DNA from: a virus
Length of the DNA stretch: 64,000 nucleotides
Direction: 5' to 3' (one strand)
IMG/VR virus record: IMGVR_UViG_3300029959_000004
Coordinates: 45,386-109,385 of that record
Below are positions 56,792 to 64,000 of this stretch, piece by piece. The notes beneath the pieces were generated by a model, which worked only from the letters and a program-made list of their open reading frames with translations, searched no databases and was not told the DNA's origin. Both the position numbers and the translations under genes were made by a program. The first letter of the stretch is position 1, and every line of letters starts with the position of its first letter.

Positions 56792-57389
56792 ATTTTGTGC
56801 TCCCAGAATGAGGATATTGACGATTATACTCGTACATAATTACATTTTTTTTATAAATATTAAACAAGTCGCATTTATTCTTACAATTCTCACATCCCCA
56901 TGAATTTAAAGTATTTGCATTAACGCTATAATGATTATTTTCTATAATAAAAATGATAGGTAATTGAAATCCACAAGAAAATCTAATGGATTCTGTAGCT
57001 ATACCTGTTAAAGATGTCATATCTCCTAAGAAGCACAATACTTTATTCTTACTGTTCTTTAGTTTTAACCCCATAGCTATACCTACGGCTATTGGTGCTA
57101 TACCAGCTACTATAGAAGAAGTTATAAAGTTTTTATCAAAGACGCTCATAGAATATCCTTCTAATATCTGTTTTTTAAGTTCTTCTTTAGAACGTCCTGA
57201 TAGCAACCAATGTAAATGTGATCTCCACGTTGACAGTATTACGTCTCCGTCTTTATAATTGTCTTTAAATATTTGTATTAGTTGTTCTTCATTATTATCT
57301 ACTAGATGAACGGGAGCTTTTATTTCCCCTTTGTTGTAAAGTTCAGCTATTTCCTTCTCAAATTCTACAAGTTCCTGTTTAGTTAGCAT
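56778..57389 (-). CDS. TPP enzyme alpha subunit (E1-alpha-like)
   Basis: APVHL, STWRSH, SSIVAG, FLGD...ENN TPP motif; start taken at MLTKQEL. Confidence 0.88.
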   Translation of the reverse strand: MLTKQELVEFEKEIAELYNKGEIKAPVHLVDNNEEQLIQIFKDNYKDGDVILSTWRSHLHWLLSGRSKEELKKQILEGYSMSVFDKNFITSSIVAGIAPIAVGIAMGLKLKNSKNKVLCFLGDMTSLTGIATESIRFSCGFQLPIIFIIENNHYSVNANTLNSWGCENCKNKCDLFNIYKKNVIMYEYNRQYPHSGSTKYVMF

Positions 57390-58057
57390 TTCTCTACTTC
57401 CGTTAGATAGTCGGTTGGTATAAAATTGCATAATTCTTCAGTTCTATGTTTAATAAATATACAATCTGTTAAATCAACAGTTTTTTTCATTTTATAATAT
57501 ACTGAAGTTATGTGCGTGTCAGCAGTATTATGATAAAAGAAAGGATCGAATAAATGACCAAAATGTTCTATTCCTCTTCTTGATATTACAGGAAAAGAAC
57601 ACGCTGGGATAGGTTCTCCATTAAATCCTCTAGCTCCTATATTGTCTTTAGTTATACCCAATACTATATCATCGGGTAGTTTAGACAATGCTTTACTGTC
57701 CCAATCTTTATAGGCAAATACAGCGTCATCATTCATTGGCATTATGTATTTACCTTTAGCGTACTCTCTAGTAAGAAGATTTACATAAGCTACTATACCG
57801 GGGAAGTTCTGATTATGAAAAGTCATAGAAACTGGATCTATTTCATAATAAAATACTTGCTTGTTCTTTTCTTTGTATTTATCTAAAATAGCTTTTAATC
57901 TAACGTCTCCAGTATTTATAGCTATATGAGTATCTATCGTATCTGGATAAGTAGCGTTGTCATATATTGAATTTAATACAGTGCGTATCCATTCCCATCT
58001 TAAAGAAGGTAACACTATACTAAAATTAGTAGATTGTTCTTGTTTAAATACGCTCAT
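57383..58057 (-). CDS. GT2-like glycosyltransferase
   Basis: SIVLPSLR, AKGKYIMPMNDD, SFPVI, ADT. Confidence 0.85.
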   Translation of the reverse strand: MSVFKQEQSTNFSIVLPSLRWEWIRTVLNSIYDNATYPDTIDTHIAINTGDVRLKAILDKYKEKNKQVFYYEIDPVSMTFHNQNFPGIVAYVNLLTREYAKGKYIMPMNDDAVFAYKDWDSKALSKLPDDIVLGITKDNIGARGFNGEPIPACSFPVISRRGIEHFGHLFDPFFYHNTADTHITSVYYKMKKTVDLTDCIFIKHRTEELCNFIPTDYLTEVEKC

Positions 58058-59301
58058 TATAAATACAGTCTCCCTATCCTTTTATGTATCATACCATCTA
58101 TATGAGATAATATTTTCCCCCCGAATTTCTTTTCTATCATATTTAAGTATCTATCATTTCTAAAAAACTGTTGAAAAGCGGAATCTCTAAACCGAAGCAC
58201 TTCTTTTGCAGTTAAATACTTAGTAGGTAAAGATTTGAATTCTTCACTCACTTGAGCATATTGAGACCATTTTGTAGGTAGAATTACTCCTTTAGCTTTA
58301 AGTTCATTATAAAAACTTGTTTCTGGAAAAGAAGTAACACAGTAGAAGTTTACATATTCACAGTTTAGTTCTATAGCTAAATCCAACGTTTCTTGCATAG
58401 TGTCTTTTTTATCTTCCCAAAAACCGAACATAAAATTACCCAACACACATATATCATTATCTTTTATCATCTTTACTATAGTTTTAATTTTTTCTTTAGT
58501 AAAATTACCTTTGAGAACTCCTTTTCTGATTTCATCTGAACCACTTTCTATCCCGAGAGCAAGCCATCTAATACCCGCTTTTCTCATTAGTTTAAGCATT
58601 TCATCGTTCATAATATCTATTCTAGCATAAGCCCAGATATTAAAATTATAATTTCTATCTATAATAGCTTGACATACCTCTTTTATTCTTTTAGGACTAG
58701 ATACAAATAACTCATCCATCATCTTTATATTTACAACATTTCTTTTAGCTAGCTCATCAAAATCTCTAATTACGCTTTTTATGTTTCTTTCTCTAAACTT
58801 ATTCCCGTAAAAATTTTTGATCACGCAAAAATTACACTTGAAATAACACGATATAGAACTATAGTTAACTCCGTATGGAGAAGCTTCTAAATTATTAGTA
58901 AAACTGTGCCAATTAGAAGCTCTGTATTTATTTAAGTCTACTAAATCCCAATTAATTTTGTATTTACAAGGATCTACTGGCAAACTACTATGAGAAATAA
59001 CCTTAACTTGTTTTTCAAACAGTTTCTCTAATTTATTAATCTCGTCTTTCTGTTGAATAAATCCGGAAGGATGACTACCGGTGGCTAACAATACTACAGT
59101 TTCCGCTTTCATATCATTTAAAGCTTTATTCAATATCTCTTTATGAGACAAATCATCTGCTTCAGCATCTATGATTAAATCTGTTTTATAGTAGTCGGCT
59201 AAAACCAACTGCCAAACGGGAGTTTCTATAGACTTATATTCGTGTAAGTCTTTACAATATTGTGAGTTACCGTTACTTTTTATTATTACTATTTTACTCA
59301 C
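58057..59301 (-). CDS. Radical SAM enzyme, B12-dependent class (N-terminal domain degenerate)
   Basis: SCYFKCNFC, WAYARID, LGIESG, FMFG. Confidence 0.88.
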   Translation of the reverse strand: MSKIVIIKSNGNSQYCKDLHEYKSIETPVWQLVLADYYKTDLIIDAEADDLSHKEILNKALNDMKAETVVLLATGSHPSGFIQQKDEINKLEKLFEKQVKVISHSSLPVDPCKYKINWDLVDLNKYRASNWHSFTNNLEASPYGVNYSSISCYFKCNFCVIKNFYGNKFRERNIKSVIRDFDELAKRNVVNIKMMDELFVSSPKRIKEVCQAIIDRNYNFNIWAYARIDIMNDEMLKLMRKAGIRWLALGIESGSDEIRKGVLKGNFTKEKIKTIVKMIKDNDICVLGNFMFGFWEDKKDTMQETLDLAIELNCEYVNFYCVTSFPETSFYNELKAKGVILPTKWSQYAQVSEEFKSLPTKYLTAKEVLRFRDSAFQQFFRNDRYLNMIEKKFGGKILSHIDGMIHKRIGRLYL

Positions 59302-59832
59302 TTAGGTGATCCTCACTTCCAATTTAAATTTATTTTTCCAGTAGTCTCTATTATAATTAGCTCTTATATTACACCAATTACATAAAGCTATTAAATTATT
59401 AATATCATTATTTTTCTTATCGTAATCTATATGATGACACGCTAAACCATATCCCATAACTATTATATGTTCTTTTTCTGTCATATTACAATTTTTACAT
59501 ACATAATTATCTCTTTTTTTAATTTCTTCTTTTAATTCTCTATTGAATTCTCTAGGATATCTTTCATAAGATAATCCACCTTTCCAAGAAGGATTTTTAG
59601 TTGGATCTTTTAATAGTATTTTCATTGATTCACTTATCTTATCTTTTTCCCATTGTTGTCTTTTTCTACCAGTATGAATATATTTACTGGCACATGATCT
59701 ACATCTCTTTGCGGTATAGACTTTTACAGATTTATTGCAATCTATACATAAAGGGAGACCTCCTTTCCAGTAAGGATTACCGTCTCCTTTTCTAATAACT
59801 TTAAAATGTTTAAAATATTTTTTTCTATTCAC
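59302..59832 (-). CDS. HNH homing endonuclease
   Basis: NPYWKGG/NPSWKGG, RDNYVCKNC, CHHIDYDKKNN..NLIALC..C. Confidence 0.88.
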   Translation of the reverse strand: MNRKKYFKHFKVIRKGDGNPYWKGGLPLCIDCNKSVKVYTAKRCRSCASKYIHTGRKRQQWEKDKISESMKILLKDPTKNPSWKGGLSYERYPREFNRELKEEIKKRDNYVCKNCNMTEKEHIIVMGYGLACHHIDYDKKNNDINNLIALCNWCNIRANYNRDYWKNKFKLEVRIT

Positions 59833-60193
59833 TTAGGTGATTTTTCTTGATGTCCTGAAAACCAGAATCTGTTATTTTATTAACTAGATTTTTTACACTT
59901 ATTCTAAGATTATTTAATTTACGTATTTCTATAGCTCTTATCCCTACTTCATATAGAATACCATCTAGTTTTCCTTGTCTCATATCAGATTCTTTTTCCC
60001 AAACTAAAGAATTAATATCGTATAATATTTTAAAAAAATTATCAATATAGAATTGAGAATATTTTTTCTCTAAAATAGAGAGCTCTTTACTAAAAGCTTC
60101 CCACTCTTTATCATTCTCAGGGTCTCTAATTCTTTCGTGTTTTAATTTAGCTATAGATGCACGGTCTAATATATCGCCGTTGTCCCTTTCCAT
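59825..60193 (-). CDS. DUF6165-like helical protein
   Basis: GDILDRASIAKLK...IN..VWEKE...N..R..VK..VN. Confidence 0.6.
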   Translation of the reverse strand: MERDNGDILDRASIAKLKHERIRDPENDKEWEAFSKELSILEKKYSQFYIDNFFKILYDINSLVWEKESDMRQGKLDGILYEVGIRAIEIRKLNNLRISVKNLVNKITDSGFQDIKKNHLSE

Positions 60194-60501
60194 ATTATTC
60201 TTCCTCTCTTATTCCAAATGCGTCAAATTCAGTAGTAATCCAGTTATCACAGTATATACACATAACTTGACCATCTACTACTATAGTTTCTAAATACTTA
60301 TCTATCATTTTTTTACATCTATTACAATATAATTTGTCATTGAATTTATATAGATACTTCACTGTTCTCACGTCTCTTTATTACATATTTTTCTAGTAGT
60401 TTATCTGTTATTTCACTCAAATCAAAAGTAATACCTCTATTATGAGTTATTTTAACATATTTCAAAAAATATTCATAAAAGTCTTTTCTAAATTCATTCA
60501 T

Positions 60502-61614
60502 TTAGACAAAATTTCTGCACATAGGATCATCTTTATTAATTGCTAATCTTTCACATTGAATGTTGTAATGATTGAAGGTACATCTTGATTTACAATTAGC
60601 ACACCCACTATTGAAGACTAAATCATAATGTTTTTTACTACCCCAAAACTTCCATATATTTTCCGGATTTGGATAGTGTTCTCCTAATTTATAATACTCC
60701 AGTTCTCTAGTGTCTGGGCAAAGATAACAACTTCCAGAAGGATTTACTTGCAAACACAATGGACTTGCGTAACACTGTGAAAAAGTTCTTAGTGGGGTAA
60801 AATCATCGTTAAATTTATGAACAATGGTATATGCGTGAAAATCTTTATCATTAAGTTTTTGACATTCTTCAAATTGTTTTTTTATAGATTCTATATCATA
60901 AGGATTAGATTTAGCTTCTTCGGATATTCCCTGATGTCTGAAGTCAGCTGGTCTAATGTGACAATCCTTAACTCCAATCTCTTTAGCTAGTTTGCAAGCA
61001 TCGTATATTTCGTGTTGATTATAACTAAACACTAAAAATTTAAACGCTACATCACAGTTAGTATTTAGTTCTTTAGCTCGTTTTGTTAGTTTTTGAATAT
61101 TTTCTATTACTTTGTTAAAATAATTAGCTTTTCTTCCTATTCCATAAGTTTCTTCAGTGGCTGAATCTACAGATACGCCTATCCATCTGCAAGTTTGAAC
61201 CGCTATATCAATAGTTTCATCATTAAAATTTATGCCATTTGTAGCAATACTATTTTCCATACCAAGTTCTTTAGCCAATAATAACGCATCCCAAAGTTTA
61301 GTGTGAAGAGTTGGCTCTCCGCCTCCCCCGTGACATATTCCACGAACTCCCCACTTAGCGAAGAACTTTATTAGATTCAAATAGTGTTCATCGTCTAGTC
61401 TATTTATTTTATCATTTTTAAGATATTTCCCATAATTGCAATGTTGGCATTTAAGTTGGCAAGCATTAATAGGATCTAACGATACTTCTATAGGAGCTAA
61501 CGGAGAGTTTCTCTTACCAAGTTTCCATTTATCTATAGCGGTATAGTGATTTATGTATGTTAATCCTTTAGCAGAATTAAACGAATTGTACCAATCATCC
61601 CACTCTTTACTCAT
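60502..61614 (-). CDS. Radical SAM protein with SPASM-like domain
   Basis: CQLKCQHC, GGGEPT, C-terminal C..CYLC..C..C..RC. Confidence 0.9.
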   Translation of the reverse strand: MSKEWDDWYNSFNSAKGLTYINHYTAIDKWKLGKRNSPLAPIEVSLDPINACQLKCQHCNYGKYLKNDKINRLDDEHYLNLIKFFAKWGVRGICHGGGGEPTLHTKLWDALLLAKELGMENSIATNGINFNDETIDIAVQTCRWIGVSVDSATEETYGIGRKANYFNKVIENIQKLTKRAKELNTNCDVAFKFLVFSYNQHEIYDACKLAKEIGVKDCHIRPADFRHQGISEEAKSNPYDIESIKKQFEECQKLNDKDFHAYTIVHKFNDDFTPLRTFSQCYASPLCLQVNPSGSCYLCPDTRELEYYKLGEHYPNPENIWKFWGSKKHYDLVFNSGCANCKSRCTFNHYNIQCERLAINKDDPMCRNFV

Positions 61615-62332
61615 TTTTATTAAACTCCTTTATATAATTTTCTATTCTTTTTCGATATTGAGGAACTCCATATAAACTTATGAGATTGTGACAATTAGGG
61701 TCTCTAAAAAATCTCTCTTTCATACTTCTAGCTGTTTCGTCATAGGGAGCTTTACCGTCGTGATAGCTTAAATGTTCTATGTTTATATCTGATATGTGCA
61801 ACGTTCTGTTAATAGAGGGATGTGAATATATCTCCCAAAGTATTCTATCGCTTCCCCAAGACAATAGTTTGGAACAGTGATATTCTCCCAATAATTCAAA
61901 AGCTTCTCTAGTTATTAATGGAAAACAAGGATGAGTAGCTTTACTTCCTTTTTCATTCACTGATACATATGCTATTCTATCTGATTTATTTATAAGAAAA
62001 GCTTCTATTTTTTCTATTAAAACTTTATCCCAGTTCTTCGTAAGAAACTTTACATCGTCACCTATACCAAAAAGAAACTGTCCTCTAGCTTCTTTTGCTA
62101 AAAAATTATAGTAATCTCGATTTAGTGATTCACTTCTTTCAGAAACAAAACTCTTTAAAAAAACATCTTTTGAATTTAGTGTATATAAACTATCGTTATC
62201 TAACTTTACTAATAATTCTATATTGTTTAAATCACTGACGGTTTCATATATATTTTTTATCAGTTTATTAAACTGTTGTTCCCTGTTTCTAGATGGAACC
62301 AAAACACTAATTTTTGGAGTTGATAAGCTCAA
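61607..62332 (-). CDS. GT2-like glycosyltransferase
   Basis: ISVLVPSRNR, ARGQFLFGIGDD, CFPLI. Confidence 0.85.
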   Translation of the reverse strand: MSLSTPKISVLVPSRNREQQFNKLIKNIYETVSDLNNIELLVKLDNDSLYTLNSKDVFLKSFVSERSESLNRDYYNFLAKEARGQFLFGIGDDVKFLTKNWDKVLIEKIEAFLINKSDRIAYVSVNEKGSKATHPCFPLITREAFELLGEYHCSKLLSWGSDRILWEIYSHPSINRTLHISDINIEHLSYHDGKAPYDETARSMKERFFRDPNCHNLISLYGVPQYRKRIENYIKEFNKNE

Positions 62333-63026
62333 AGGAGTCTCCCCATATTAAATTCTTTGCTTTTCTTCTATTATACATTATCTTGTCTGCGTTTAAATGT
62401 TTTCTAACATCAGTATGAGTTTCGTCCATCTCATTTTTAAAGAAAGCTGGATGATAGTGGGTTAACAATGGAGCTATTTCTTTATCGTTTTTATAGAACA
62501 ATTTTTTATGTTTACTAGCATATTCATAAAGCTCAGTATCTAAATACAGTCTTTTATATGATTCACAAAAAACTTTTCTTTCCGGAAATCTATCGGCAAA
62601 TTTATTTCCTACAGCACCAAAAGCTGTTTTACAAGCTTGATTTTCGGGTATATTCTCTTGTATTATAGAAACTACTCCGTCTGTGTCTGGGAACCAAACA
62701 TTCATAGCAGTTTTAACTCTAAACAAACATTCAGGATGTAGTTCTACGTCATCGTTAATATATACCATCATATCTGCGTTCATATTTTTTAGATGATAAT
62801 TCCAGAGTTTAGAAGCTTCATAAGGAAAATCTAAGAGTCTAGTAAAGACACCTTTATTTTCTCTTAGTATATTACTGTCTGTTTGAAAGTCTGCTTTATC
62901 ACTATAATATATGTAAACATAAGAATGACAATCTAATCTAGCTCTGGCTTCTTCTACTGACTTCAAACAACGAAGTAATTTTTCACGTCTGTGATATGTA
63001 GGCAACACAATGTTTAAATTGTTAAT
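62307..63026 (-). CDS. GT2-like glycosyltransferase, probable ATT start at 63026
   Basis: LNIVLPTYHR, VYINDD, LDTE. SD AGGAG lies 6 nt before ATT, with an in-frame TAG just upstream. Confidence 0.82.
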   Translation of the reverse strand: MNNLNIVLPTYHRREKLLRCLKSVEEARARLDCHSYVYIYYSDKADFQTDSNILRENKGVFTRLLDFPYEASKLWNYHLKNMNADMMVYINDDVELHPECLFRVKTAMNVWFPDTDGVVSIIQENIPENQACKTAFGAVGNKFADRFPERKVFCESYKRLYLDTELYEYASKHKKLFYKNDKEIAPLLTHYHPAFFKNEMDETHTDVRKHLNADKIMYNRRKAKNLIWGDSFELINSKN

Positions 63027-63703
63027 TTTAGTCTCCTATTTATTTTATCTGTATTACGTTCATAATCTTTGCCCAAAATTGGATGCCATTTATTTAGAAA
63101 AGTCTCTACATCTTGTTCCCAATATTTACTTCTGTGTTCTCTATATATCTCATCATCAATTTGTCTTGGTATAACACAAGCGTCTTGACATATCTCTACG
63201 CTTCCATTATTAGTCCAGCATTTGAGACTTGCATCTATATCTCCCCAACTATACATAAAATCTTTATGAAAGACATTACCTAAGAAATATACAGTGTCTC
63301 TACTCAAACATCCATAGCAAGCATATAATCTATCATAACAGCCGAAGGGCCCGATTTCCTTACCGTTTGGATGCATCATCTTAAAGGCACCTATAAAATG
63401 TTCTTTCTTATCTTTCATAAAATTAAGCATATTCTTTAAACAGTCTTTTGTAGGACTTACATCATCACTAAAATATACTACATATTCAGAACTAGAGTTT
63501 TCCCAAGCCACATTTGTTGCGGGAGCACTACCTTTACATACATCTTCTTTTATCCATTTAGTCTTTATTCCCTTTACTTCAAAAGGACTAACAACTACCA
63601 ACTCGTAGTTTGTAGAAAAATTAGTTTCGTCAAACTCTCTAATGCTTTTTGTTAAAGCTTCTGGTCTTAAAGAAGGTAAAAGAATACTAATCTCTGTTTT
63701 CAT
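63014..63703 (-). CDS. GT2-like glycosyltransferase
   Basis: ISILLPSLRP, YVVYFSDD, WGDID. Confidence 0.85.
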   Translation of the reverse strand: MKTEISILLPSLRPEALTKSIREFDETNFSTNYELVVVSPFEVKGIKTKWIKEDVCKGSAPATNVAWENSSSEYVVYFSDDVSPTKDCLKNMLNFMKDKKEHFIGAFKMMHPNGKEIGPFGCYDRLYACYGCLSRDTVYFLGNVFHKDFMYSWGDIDASLKCWTNNGSVEICQDACVIPRQIDDEIYREHRSKYWEQDVETFLNKWHPILGKDYERNTDKINRRLKLTI

Positions 63704-64000
63704 TTAATTTACTATAGAACCGCTCATAATTAATTTTTTCAAAGCAAGTAATAGAACTTTCCGGACTCACGTTGTATATCTTAGTCTTTATATCTGGACT
63801 AGTAAAATATTGCCAATCTGATACTTCATCTTTAATATTAGTTCCGTTTCTATATAATTCCGGTTTACCAACTCCAGTAGATTTAACTTCTATTACATCT
63901 TGATAGAAATGTGTTTTACTACTGTTAGAGCCAAAATCAAAACCCAACAGATATATGTTTTCTGAATTTTCTTTAATAGCTAAATGCAAAGCAAAAAACC
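63687..64000 (-). CDS. Maf/DUF115-like transferase candidate, C-terminal part (start outside window)
   Basis: ALHLA...IYLLGFDF...THFY...IYNVSPESSI..FEK. Confidence 0.6.
   Translation of the reverse strand, partial: FFALHLAIKENSENIYLLGFDFGSNSSKTHFYQDVIEVKSTGVGKPELYRNGTNIKDEVSDWQYFTSPDIKTKIYNVSPESSITCFEKINYERFYSKLNENRD

Noticed and set aside
1-64000. Alternative genetic code (stop-codon reassignment)
   Set aside because: Long genes are intact under code 11, TAA, TAG and TGA all end recognisable proteins, and no suppressor tRNA is seen.

Overview
AT-rich segment of a large tailed dsDNA phage, probably siphovirus-like (major tail protein and 1033-aa tape measure, no sheath seen). It has three blocks. 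(1) 1-9564, minus strand: early/accessory operon of small ORFs (YopX, SWIM protein, signal-peptide amidase-RlpA lysin) ending in an RtcB RNA ligase interrupted by an HNH-type intein. (2) 10220-43186, plus strand: atypical tRNA-Thr, terminase, portal, protease/scaffold, capsid, neck, tail, tail tip and several fibres. (3) 43228-64000, minus strand: a >20 kb glycan synthesis and tailoring cluster (7 GT2, 1 GT77-like, 2 Maf/DUF115-like, NeuA/NeuB, 5 radical SAM, TPP enzyme pair, aminotransferase, methyltransferase) with two free-standing HNH genes. Top finding: two hammerhead ribozymes (1867-1921 and 3182-3247) and a perfect 17-nt long-range stem lie on the same strand just upstream of rtcB. Hammerheads make the 2',3'-cyclic phosphate/5'-OH ends that RtcB joins, so this is a candidate phage-encoded RNA cut-and-ligate (circularisation or rejoining) system; one ribozyme also sequesters a Shine-Dalgarno site. 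Other leads are a ~230-nt multi-helix RNA at 7179-7407, a tail-tip gene split at a GGK|GGGG loop, an HNH gene that captured the recoded N-terminus of its neighbour, a triple-collar fibre, and possible virion glycosylation at Ser-Gly motifs. All calls come from reading motifs by eye; no database search or folding program was run.
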